Assembly: GCA_018238155.1 (NCBI GenBank)
Contig: JABCTZ010000045.1
Location: 1-64,000 of the forward strand
DNA: 64,000 nucleotides
Origin: Candidatus Heimdallarchaeota archaeon
GTDB taxonomy: Archaea; Asgardarchaeota; Heimdallarchaeia; JABLTI01
Reading direction: 5' to 3'
Part shown: one piece after another, positions 40,047-48,813 of the stretch
How the letters are laid out: each line of letters opens with the position of its first letter
How positions within the stretch are numbered: the stretch's first letter is position 1
Notes under the pieces: generated by a model
The model's input: only the letters and a program-made list of their open reading frames with translations
Told to the model about the DNA's origin: nothing
The model's database searches: none
Translations under genes and position numbers: made by a program

Positions 40047-41630
40047 ATGCCTGCATTCTTACGTTGGGATTCAGATCCATTACTACTCGATCCAACACCA
40101 CTAAAGCAAAATACTTGGATAACAGCAAATAGATTACTAGCGCAAGAACAACAAGAAAAATTTCTTACTGCATCAAAATATCTCTTTTTGTATCCTATTT
40201 TGATCCGCAAAATTGATTTTATTTCTGGGGAGCGCATTTTACAATCCTTTCCATATATCGTACTAGATCAAGAGTGGGCATTAAGAATTAGAAAACAATC
40301 ACTTGCTCTTGCAGAGAATTCTCACTACTATTTTATGGGTTCCAATATTTCTAAATCTGTTCGTGGTTGGCAACAGAGAATCATTTCTTACTTGGATGAA
40401 CAACAGCGACTTCCCTTTCCGCTGTTCCGGTTGGTTCCATCCTTTGAGGATTTTTTTCAAAGGAAACTAGCAGTACAATTCCAATCTGCTCGCGGAAAAA
40501 ACTATTCCATTCCAACAACTCTTACTAAGCAATTAGCTTATTTGTGTGGAGTTGTTAATGGTGATGGTCATCTCCACCGACATTGGCTCAGAGTTGTAGA
40601 TGAAACGAAAGAACATATTGAGTTGATTTCTGATTTATTTGAAGAATTATTTAGTGATTCAGGTGAGATTTTTCTTACTGGCAATGCTTGGAATGTCGAA
40701 TTACGTTCTTCTTCTGCTGTTCGATTATTTAATTTCCTTACGGACCAGACGATTCAGGGAGCAAAATATGATTCACTTAGAGAACCGTTTGTATTTCAAA
40801 AACTGGGTGAACCATATCGAAGTTTTTATTGGAGAGGTGTAATGGATGCAGATGGTTCCTTTAAGCAACACATTTCATTTGGTAGTGCAAGTGAAAAATA
40901 TGTAAAAGATTTTAACGACTATCTGCATTCTATTGGTATTCAATCTAAACAGGGAAAAATAGGTACAACAGCTTTTAATCTCACTATACCGGCACTTTAT
41001 CGTTTGCAGTTTATCAAACGAATTGGGGTAAATAATCCAAAAAAAAGAGAAGATATGTTGCAATTATTTTCAAAAATTCGATGCAAATTTAAGGGATTAA
41101 ATCAAAGAAAATTGCTCGAAGGATTGTATTTCAACTTTCTTGAAATCCCTGCTCTTAATGTAAGAGGACTTGCTATTCGAATCAAACAATTAAGAGGGGA
41201 GAAGACAATAAAAGAACGCAGTCAAGAACTTAGTATTGCAACAAATCAGTATCAAGCCTATGAAAAAGCAACTCGAGCAATTCCGATTAGAACAGTACAA
41301 AGGTTATTTCTGAAATCTCCAAAAGACCTAATGAATCTCTTATCAAAACAAACTAGTCTTTTGTATCAAATAGCATCTTCACAATCAATCAAACTACCAA
41401 TACAAGTTACAAGTAGTATAATTGAATTATTGAGCTTATTTGAGCCAACTTCGAATTATGTTAAAATTCTTCTTGAATTACCTCAAATTCAACAATATGT
41501 AAATGAAATATTTGGATTACCACTAATAAACAATCGACTAAACAGTAGATTACTAGTTACTTTTTGTAGAACTTTTGGATTGTATGAAAAACCAAGTGTA
41601 TCAGAAATTGATATTGAACCTTTTTGCTAA
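40047..41630 (+). CDS. LAGLIDADG endonuclease-like protein with unknown N-terminal domain and XRE-HTH
   Basis: LAYLCGVVNGDG and WRGVMDADG motifs; IKQLRGEKTIKE..QEL.I....YQAYEK..R.IP HTH. Confidence 0.85.
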   Translation: MPAFLRWDSDPLLLDPTPLKQNTWITANRLLAQEQQEKFLTASKYLFLYPILIRKIDFISGERILQSFPYIVLDQEWALRIRKQSLALAENSHYYFMGSNISKSVRGWQQRIISYLDEQQRLPFPLFRLVPSFEDFFQRKLAVQFQSARGKNYSIPTTLTKQLAYLCGVVNGDGHLHRHWLRVVDETKEHIELISDLFEELFSDSGEIFLTGNAWNVELRSSSAVRLFNFLTDQTIQGAKYDSLREPFVFQKLGEPYRSFYWRGVMDADGSFKQHISFGSASEKYVKDFNDYLHSIGIQSKQGKIGTTAFNLTIPALYRLQFIKRIGVNNPKKREDMLQLFSKIRCKFKGLNQRKLLEGLYFNFLEIPALNVRGLAIRIKQLRGEKTIKERSQELSIATNQYQAYEKATRAIPIRTVQRLFLKSPKDLMNLLSKQTSLLYQIASSQSIKLPIQVTSSIIELLSLFEPTSNYVKILLELPQIQQYVNEIFGLPLINNRLNSRLLVTFCRTFGLYEKPSVSEIDIEPFC

Positions 41631-41835
41631 AAAGTTCTAAATAAATATAAAACTCTATCACACAAATCTTACAAAGTATATGAGGGACGTATTTCCACAG
41701 CATTTTTATCATTTAGAACGGTTTAGATGTGTTTTTCTTGATTTTAAAGCAGTGTATATTTTTCGAAAGTCCAAAAATTTATCCTTTCCTGTTCAGAAGG
41801 TGAGAAAGTCCGATTTTTTTCCATTGAAAAAAGAG

Positions 41836-42605
41836 TTATATTTCAGAAAGCCCAGCAATTTTCTGCTTTTTTATGTTAATTCTTTGGCAAATTTCTCTAT
41901 ACAAGCAATCTGTAGTGAATATATCACACAATCTTCTTTCTTTTTTATTGATTGACAGATTAACATGTCTTTTCGTATTTTATTCAAATATATCTCAAAG
42001 GCTTGAATGTTTTCAGAAGTTACTTCTGCTTTCTGGAATTGTCCTGTGAAATAATAGTAAACACCAATTTCTGTTACTTTTTTAATATTGATTAAATCCT
42101 GGTGTGGTAGTATATTAGAAATCAAAACGGTATAGAATAATAGTTCTTCTTCATCAAATTCCCCAGGATATGGTTTGTATTCAACTATTCGACAATTTCC
42201 TTGATCATCTAATTGATCTATTCTATCTATTTGTCCTCTATACTTTGTATTCTTTAGAAAAAATTCTACAGCTACTGGTTCCCAAAAAGTCTTTTGTTGT
42301 TTATATCTTTTTATTTCGCTGTCTATGAATTGTTTCTTCCACTGTTCATTCTTATCTGATTGTCCCAATAGAGGATAGAGATTATTTTGTATATCTTCGC
42401 CAAATTTCTGAAAGAATTTTTGCAACCAATGATGTCGTTCTATACCCTCTGCTAAATTTGATTCATAATCAGAATAATCCTTTCTTACACTTTTTTCTGT
42501 TTGTTTATTTAATTCTTTTAACAGATAGAATTTGAAAGGGCATTTTATGTATGCAATAAATTCCGTCTTACTTAGATTAGAACTTCTCTTGAGCAATTTC
42601 TTCAC
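41836..42605 (-). pseudogene. Cas4-like PD-(D/E)XK nuclease with a 2-nt insertion near the C-terminus
   Basis: S......Y..CP, G...H, E, GQIDRID, VEYK; removing TG at 41925-41930 restores C-DIFTTD-C-LYREI-C. Confidence 0.8.
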
Positions 42606-42671
42606 TAATTCTCGTTGTGAATTTTCTTTTTAAAGTTCAAAATAAGTCATTTAGCTCTTTTTAAGCATTTT

Positions 42672-43364
42672 TTGTCATTAGAATATATGACACTACTAGA
42701 AAAACACAAGGAGTTTGGTAATGATATGATTAAATTGACTAATGTAGAACAATCTATTGTTTATTTCTTTTTATGGCGAATCATCAATTTAGAAGATGAT
42801 TGGTTTGAAGGAGGAATTAAGAATCTAGCACAAAAACTAGGCCGGCATGAGAAATCCATTGCAAATTCAATTAAATCCTTAGAATCAAAGAAAATGATTG
42901 CTACCTCAAAAATCAAAAATAGAGTTTGCTTAAAACTCTCACTTTCTGATGATGAACTTTATTCTAGATTAGCATTCATTAGTGATACTTTTTGCGCTCC
43001 TATATCCATCCAAGACTTGAAAGAGGATCTTGAGAATGAAAACAAGCGATTAGAAGAAGAAATAAAAAAATATGATAAATTGCTATCAATCCAAAAAGAA
43101 GAGGACAGGATAATTGAATCTGTTGCTAAACAAATATCCAGAAAGGATATTGAAGAATTAGCTAATCGAATTGTTGTTACTAGGACTTATGCTAATATTA
43201 ACAAAACTCTTGATGAAATTATTCGAGAGGAATTAGAGAATTTTCGAGCTAAGATGTTTTCGAAGTATGGAAATATCGATGTTAATAAACCTCCAGAAAC
43301 CAAATTGGATGGTTCTTTAATTTACGATAATTTTTGGTTGAAAGATAAAGAGGGAGTATCATAA
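42672..43364 (+). CDS. wHTH + coiled-coil protein
   Basis: IKNLAQKLGRHEKSIANSIKSLESKKMI HTH, followed by heptad repeats. Confidence 0.75.
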   Translation: MSLEYMTLLEKHKEFGNDMIKLTNVEQSIVYFFLWRIINLEDDWFEGGIKNLAQKLGRHEKSIANSIKSLESKKMIATSKIKNRVCLKLSLSDDELYSRLAFISDTFCAPISIQDLKEDLENENKRLEEEIKKYDKLLSIQKEEDRIIESVAKQISRKDIEELANRIVVTRTYANINKTLDEIIREELENFRAKMFSKYGNIDVNKPPETKLDGSLIYDNFWLKDKEGVS

Positions 43365-43378
43365 AGGTATTTTGAGGT

Positions 43379-45262
43379 TTGAGATTGGAAAATAAAATAC
43401 AAAAAGAGATTTTGAATTATATTACTAAGCAATCAAATAATAATCCTGTAACGATCAAACAATTGGATGAATATTTAGGATATTCTAACAGTCTTGTTCA
43501 CAGACATACCAAAATTCTAGAGAGGGCAGGAGTAATAGAAGGAAAACGAGTTGTACAAACAAAGGGCGGAGTTACCCTTTACAAGTTACCAGTTAAAGTA
43601 TGGCCTGATTATCTTGGAAGGAAATGTTTTGATTGTCATAATAAGAGTGCGATTAATACTTGCACTTTTCACGAGGAACTAGCAGAATTTGGAATAATTG
43701 ATGAACTGAACAGAGTTGGAGTGAAATTAACAAAAAATACTTTTGCTTGTAGTGATTTCATTGTCAAGAAAACCCATTGGAAACGAACTAAACTAGATGA
43801 CTTCTTAGATAAGTGTAGAGTTATTACACAGACTAAAATTGGATTTGAGATCAGTTATCATTGTCCGTATTGTAATGCTGAATTTGTATCATTAGGTAAT
43901 GGATTTATTGCAAAATTTGGGAGTTCAGTTTTACGTTGTAATCAATGTGAATCCTTTTACAAGATTCTTTTTGATACTAAACGAGAAGTGTTTATTGTTC
44001 ATTATAATAAAGAAAAAGGAATAGAGTACAAAAGGAATTTTGTTAATAAAACCAGGCTTGAAGAACCTGAGAAACTATACTCAAGTGATAGCTATGGTAT
44101 TGTTATTCATGATTTTTCTGACTGTGAATTTAATTTCAGAACAAGAACTTTGGCAGTTACTAATTGGATTGGAAAACTAGATGAATTGAAGTATATTGTT
44201 GCAAAAAAAGAACAGGATTATAAAGAGTTACAAGTATTACTTGAAACAAAAGGTTTCAATGAAATTAATTTGATATTAGGAGCAGATAAATTAGTTAGTC
44301 CACCTCCAACCAAACAACAAGTAGGCATGCTTAGATTATTACGAGTAATGATGATTATTAACAAAGAATTTTGTATTGCTATGTTAATAAGCAGGATAAC
44401 TGTGATTGAAAAAATACATTTTCTATTCAGAAGACAAAAAGAAGTACTGGTAAGAAGAGCTGTTACTAGAATTGAAGAAATAATAAAGGAAGTAGAAAAC
44501 AAAACATGGTTAATACCAAAAGAGTGGAATAATTATGAGATGAGAGCAGGTAAGGAGATGTGGAGAGTTATTGGTAACTATTTAAAGTCAATTGATGTAT
44601 TCTTTCCAGGAAGAGTAGATAGTAGATTGGTGAATGATCCCTCTATTCCTCATAGAGTATATTTTGCCTTTTCAGCGATTGATTCATTGATAAATGGTAC
44701 GTATAGCAAAAGTGGAGAATTTGTTAAAGAGTATTGTTCTGAGATTGGATTTTGTTGGGATGGGTTGCCAGGTATCTGCCATGGGAAAACTTCTGGTGGA
44801 GTTTTTGGATTGCATTTAGATTTGAGAGAGCAAGAAAAAATTCTAGTGTTACCTTATTTACTAGCTGCAATACTAGAGAAAAGAATAGATATCAAAGATG
44901 TTCAATATTTACGAGGGAGAAAGAGAGAAAAGATTTACTATGTTCGACCTGAATCAGAATTGGATGAACAATTAATGAAAATAGTAGAAGAAACGTTAAC
45001 TGGATACCTCAACGATAGAATTTGTAAAACGGTTATTAGAGACTATTACTTGCACTCCAAGCAATGGTTAAATGATCTAATTAGAAAAAGTAATTTTCAT
45101 GAAGTAGAACATCATGGAGTTGATTATCAACCATGGGCTATAATAAATGAGCGTGTATGGGAAATGATGGGAGGTAAAGAAAGAGAAAAATTAATTTGTA
45201 AAATACAACAAGAGCATGTGAAAATGGAGTTCAAACCACTTACTGTAATACAAATAAACTAG
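43379..45262 (+). CDS. Cas1 homologue fused to N-terminal wHTH and Zn-finger domains
   Basis: YEMRAGKEMW...FPGR, AIDSLINGTY, GICHG, LHLDLREQ correspond to Cas1 EG.AA..YW..F..R, N.LLN.GY, GF.H, L..DL.E. Confidence 0.75.
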   Translation: MRLENKIQKEILNYITKQSNNNPVTIKQLDEYLGYSNSLVHRHTKILERAGVIEGKRVVQTKGGVTLYKLPVKVWPDYLGRKCFDCHNKSAINTCTFHEELAEFGIIDELNRVGVKLTKNTFACSDFIVKKTHWKRTKLDDFLDKCRVITQTKIGFEISYHCPYCNAEFVSLGNGFIAKFGSSVLRCNQCESFYKILFDTKREVFIVHYNKEKGIEYKRNFVNKTRLEEPEKLYSSDSYGIVIHDFSDCEFNFRTRTLAVTNWIGKLDELKYIVAKKEQDYKELQVLLETKGFNEINLILGADKLVSPPPTKQQVGMLRLLRVMMIINKEFCIAMLISRITVIEKIHFLFRRQKEVLVRRAVTRIEEIIKEVENKTWLIPKEWNNYEMRAGKEMWRVIGNYLKSIDVFFPGRVDSRLVNDPSIPHRVYFAFSAIDSLINGTYSKSGEFVKEYCSEIGFCWDGLPGICHGKTSGGVFGLHLDLREQEKILVLPYLLAAILEKRIDIKDVQYLRGRKREKIYYVRPESELDEQLMKIVEETLTGYLNDRICKTVIRDYYLHSKQWLNDLIRKSNFHEVEHHGVDYQPWAIINERVWEMMGGKEREKLICKIQQEHVKMEFKPLTVIQIN

Positions 45263-45272
45263 GAAGGAAAGG

Positions 45273-45875
45273 ATGGATGAAATTGTGCCACTAATAGAGG
45301 AATTACAAAAACTTACAGATTTATCAAAAGATTGCTTAGAAGAACTATTAGTTGAACAAATCAAAAGAATTGTGGAAGAGGATACTGAAATAATTTATCA
45401 AATAATATATTTATTTGTAACAGAAAAAATAGATCTAGGATATTCTAAGGAGTACTCGTTATCAGAACTCCAGGAGAAATTACCTTGGAAAAAGAGTCGA
45501 CTGATAGAGAAATTACAAAAAATAGTGGAAGAAGGTGTACTTGTACACAAAAAAAGAAAATACAAACTAAAAAAAGAGAATGAGCTAGTAAAGAGAAAAT
45601 GGAACTATTATAATGAAACAGGATTTCAAGAAAAAGAGAAGAATCGTGAAATATGGAAATTGATACTAAGGAAAAAGGAATTGGAAAAGGCATGTAATGA
45701 GAAATTGAAAATAGAGGATAAAACAAGATTTAGGGAATTAAAAGTGAACGAGGAAAAGATATATAGAAAAGAGATAATTGACGAGATAAAATCTTTCTTT
45801 AATGCAAAACAACCAACATTAGAATTTCTAGAAAAAAACATAATAAGAACAATGGGTTATAAGAAAAATAATTAG
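45273..45875 (+). CDS. wHTH-domain protein
   Basis: SLSELQEKLPWKKSRLIEKLQKIVEEGVL....KYKL. Confidence 0.7.
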   Translation: MDEIVPLIEELQKLTDLSKDCLEELLVEQIKRIVEEDTEIIYQIIYLFVTEKIDLGYSKEYSLSELQEKLPWKKSRLIEKLQKIVEEGVLVHKKRKYKLKKENELVKRKWNYYNETGFQEKEKNREIWKLILRKKELEKACNEKLKIEDKTRFRELKVNEEKIYRKEIIDEIKSFFNAKQPTLEFLEKNIIRTMGYKKNN

Positions 45876-46064
45876 AAAGAGAAAATTCTGCTTCAAACAA
45901 CAACTCGCAATAAACTCTAAAACACCTATATCCAGAAGGGTGATGGGGGGGAAAAAGAAGGAAAAAATCACAATAAGTATATATAAAATTCACTCTTAAA
46001 AATACAGCAGATAATCAAATCTCTTAAATAATATACAAGAGCTGTAAGTGTCAAGGGATAGAAA

Positions 46065-47243
46065 ATGGATGACTTATTAGAAAAGGAATTAAAAAGGCCT
46101 TCTTTAATTAAAAATCCAAGAATCTTAGATTTAAAATATCTACCAAAGAAACTTCTCCATAGAGAAGACGAACAAAGAATGTTAATCAAATATTTCAAAC
46201 CAATTATTGAAAATTCTGGTAAGTATTCTCAAAATGTAACAATTGTTGGTCCTGTAGGAACTGGAAAAACAGCTATTGCTCTTAAATTTGGTGAAATGAT
46301 TAAAGTATATTCAACACAAAAAAGTATTAACTTAGAATATGTTCATGTAAATTGTCGTAGAGCTCGATCAAGTTTTCTTACTATACTTGAGATTGCGAGA
46401 AAATTTAATCCGAATATACCAGTCAAAGAATTTAAGCCAGATGAAATTATTAACATGCTTGTCAATTTACTTAACCAAAGGAATTCTTTTTTGATTATTA
46501 CATTAGATGAAATTGATTTTATCATTCAGAAGGAAGGTTCAGATTTTCTTTATGATTTGACCAGGCTTACTGATGATGAACTGGATGAGAAGGAACGTAT
46601 ATCTCTTATTACAATAGCTCGTGAAAGTGAATTTAGAAAATTATTGGATGATAGTACTCTTAGCACTTTGAGACAAAATATAATTTCATTGGTACCGTAT
46701 AATGAAGATCAATTGAGAGATATAGTAAAAGATAGAGCGAATGAAGCTTTTTATGGAGACGCGGTTTCAGCAGAAGCTATTGATTTAATTTCAGATATAA
46801 CTTCAAAAAAAGGAGATGCTAGATTTGCTATTGAATTGTTGGAACGTGCTGGTATGTATGCGGATCACAAACAGTCATTAAAAGTTTTACCAGAACATGT
46901 AAGACATGCAAATACATTAGTTCATCCTATAATTAGACAAGAAATTGTTACAGATTTAACAAAGAAACAACAAATTATTCTATTAGCTACTGCAAAACAA
47001 CTTCTGTCAACTAATAAAGCATATGTGACTTTAGCTGATGTAAAAACTGTTTACAAAGAACTGTGTAAGGATTATAAGCTGCCAATAAGTGAACATGCAC
47101 AAATATTAGAATATCTACAACATTTAGAGTATTGCAATTTGATTGCAATAAAATATAGTAAAAAGAAAAAGCAACAGACCTTGATTAGTTTGTTGGATGT
47201 TTCAGCTGAAATAATTAAGAAAACAATTATGGAACAATTATAA
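46065..47243 (+). CDS. cdc6: Orc1/Cdc6 replication initiator
   Basis: YLP..L.HRE, GPVGTGKT, VNC, LDEID, GDAR.AI, C-terminal wHTH. Confidence 0.93.
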   Translation: MDDLLEKELKRPSLIKNPRILDLKYLPKKLLHREDEQRMLIKYFKPIIENSGKYSQNVTIVGPVGTGKTAIALKFGEMIKVYSTQKSINLEYVHVNCRRARSSFLTILEIARKFNPNIPVKEFKPDEIINMLVNLLNQRNSFLIITLDEIDFIIQKEGSDFLYDLTRLTDDELDEKERISLITIARESEFRKLLDDSTLSTLRQNIISLVPYNEDQLRDIVKDRANEAFYGDAVSAEAIDLISDITSKKGDARFAIELLERAGMYADHKQSLKVLPEHVRHANTLVHPIIRQEIVTDLTKKQQIILLATAKQLLSTNKAYVTLADVKTVYKELCKDYKLPISEHAQILEYLQHLEYCNLIAIKYSKKKKQQTLISLLDVSAEIIKKTIMEQL

Positions 47244-47303
47244 AAAACTGCAAATGACGTAAATGCAATTAAAATTAAAGATGAAGATACGACTGAAGAT
47301 AAA

Positions 47304-47846
47304 TTGGTGAAAGATGTAAAAAAACTTCTAAAAATGTCATTTGAAGGAAATTTCTTTGACGTTAAAAGTGCATATGATAAAACAAATAGAGCAGAAATGA
47401 CCAAAGATATAATCGCTTTAGTAAATTCATCAGAAGAAAACAATAATACAGCATATGCAATAATTGGTATTGTAGAAAAAAATCAAAAATTCGTTTCGGT
47501 AGAAAATGTGGAGAAAATAGATATCATAGAACAAAAGATTGTGCATTGTATAATACATAATACTAATCGAAAAATAAATCTACAAATAAGAAAAATAAGA
47601 ATCTATGAACTCTATCAATGGCAACAAAATAACGAAATTACAGATGAGATAGTTTTTACTGAAGAGCAGAAAAAACTGGAAAGCAAAGAGCAAATATTAG
47701 TAATACAATTAAAGAGAGAGCCAAGAGTGGTTTATGAATTGGCAAAGAAAACAGGACCATATGAAAAAGGGAGATCATGGAAAAGAATTGGGTCACATAC
47801 AGATGAATTAACACAAGATGATAGAGAAAAGCTAATGAAAATTTAA
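47304..47846 (+). CDS. Schlafen/AlbA_2 domain protein (possibly 5'-truncated)
   Basis: EGNFFDVK...KDIIALVNS...IIGIVE...RIGSHT. Confidence 0.7.
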   Translation: MVKDVKKLLKMSFEGNFFDVKSAYDKTNRAEMTKDIIALVNSSEENNNTAYAIIGIVEKNQKFVSVENVEKIDIIEQKIVHCIIHNTNRKINLQIRKIRIYELYQWQQNNEITDEIVFTEEQKKLESKEQILVIQLKREPRVVYELAKKTGPYEKGRSWKRIGSHTDELTQDDREKLMKI

Positions 47847-47923
47847 ATCAATAAAGGATTAATTCTAAGAGACTTGAAATCAGAAAGAAATGGTAATATT
47901 CTGATCGTAATTAAGATATCTTT

Positions 47924-47965
47924 TCTCGTAGGAGTTCACGTGTTCGAATCGCGTCCCCCGCACCA
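47924..47965 (+). repeat. 3' fragment of a tRNA-Leu (att-like repeat)
   Basis: TCTCGTAGGAGTTCACGTGTTCGAATCGCGTCCCCCGCACCA; 5 mismatches to 39904-39945. Confidence 0.9.
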
Positions 47966-48056
47966 GTTCTTGATGTCTATAATAAGATATTAATAATCTA
48001 TTGAAAACTAGGTTAGTGTAATATTAATAACTATTGATTTCACGAAGTGAACTACT

Positions 48057-48734
48057 TTGGGTAAAACTATTTTACAAACTACTGATTTGGTCAAAATTTT
48101 CGCTGAAGGAACCCCATTAGAAGTTCACGCTTTGCGTGGTGTTAATCTAGAAATAGAGCAAGGAGAAATTGTAGCTATAATGGGTCCATCTGGTTGTGGA
48201 AAAACTACTTTGTTAAACATGATTGGTGGTTTAGATAAACCCACCTCAGGTACAGTAAGCATCAATTATCAAGAAATCACAAATTATACTGATAAAGATA
48301 TCACCGATTTTAGAAAGGAAAATCTTAGTTTTATTTTCCAATTCTTCAATCTTTTTGAAGTCTTAACCGCAGTTGAGAATGTTTCTTTACCCCTTCTCCT
48401 TAAAGGAGAACCAACCACGGTAGCTCAAGAAAAAGCCAAAGTCATTTTGCGAGAGGTAGGAATTGGTAGTCGATTGTATAATCTTCCTAACGAAATGTCT
48501 GGTGGTCAGCGTCAAAGGGTAGCTATTGCTCGTTCATTAATTACCAACCCTAAAATTGTTCTTGCAGATGAACCTACTGGTGACTTGTCCAGTGTAATCG
48601 CTAAAGATATTATGAAATTGTTTAGAAGGTTAAATGAGGATCTTGGTCAAACATTTGTTCTAGTTACTCATTCTGAATTAATCGGTTCTCTTTGTGATAG
48701 AATCATTAAGATGCATGATGGATTAATTATTTAA
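48057..48734 (+). CDS. ABC ATPase, LolD/MacB-like
   Basis: GPSGCGKT, MSGGQRQR, LADEPTG, VTH. Confidence 0.93.
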   Translation: MGKTILQTTDLVKIFAEGTPLEVHALRGVNLEIEQGEIVAIMGPSGCGKTTLLNMIGGLDKPTSGTVSINYQEITNYTDKDITDFRKENLSFIFQFFNLFEVLTAVENVSLPLLLKGEPTTVAQEKAKVILREVGIGSRLYNLPNEMSGGQRQRVAIARSLITNPKIVLADEPTGDLSSVIAKDIMKLFRRLNEDLGQTFVLVTHSELIGSLCDRIIKMHDGLII

Positions 48735-48813
48735 TGTATGAACAGATCTTTTTTCTTTCAAAACATTCTGAAAATGAGAAACAGTTTTAAGTTTTAACTT
48801 TTAAGTAGTAGGT

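Larger units (their letters stand above)
39904..47965. mobile_element. tRNA-Leu-anchored island encoding Cas1-like, Cas4-like, Orc1/Cdc6 and LAGLIDADG proteins
   Basis: Flanked by 42-bp imperfect direct repeats of the tRNA 3' end (39904-39945 and 47924-47965, 37/42 identical). Confidence 0.75.

Noticed and set aside
40047-41630. Intein-associated homing endonuclease
   Set aside because: No Hint-like N-terminal C/S block, no C-terminal HN, no flanking extein; the gene has its own RBS
39946-47923. Casposon-type terminal inverted repeats
   Set aside because: Comparing the sequence just inside both tRNA repeats by eye gave only weak AT-rich similarity; an einverted run would be needed
47924-47965. 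Split-tRNA 3' half
   Set aside because: No GC-rich complementary leader or BHB-forming flank; the break is in the variable-arm region; an att-like remnant is more parsimonious
39946-48056. CRISPR array near the Cas1/Cas4 genes
   Set aside because: No repeat-spacer periodicity seen in any intergenic gap; GAAAGTCC-like 8-mers at 41765, 41804 and 41846 are too short and the third lies within the corrected cas4 frame
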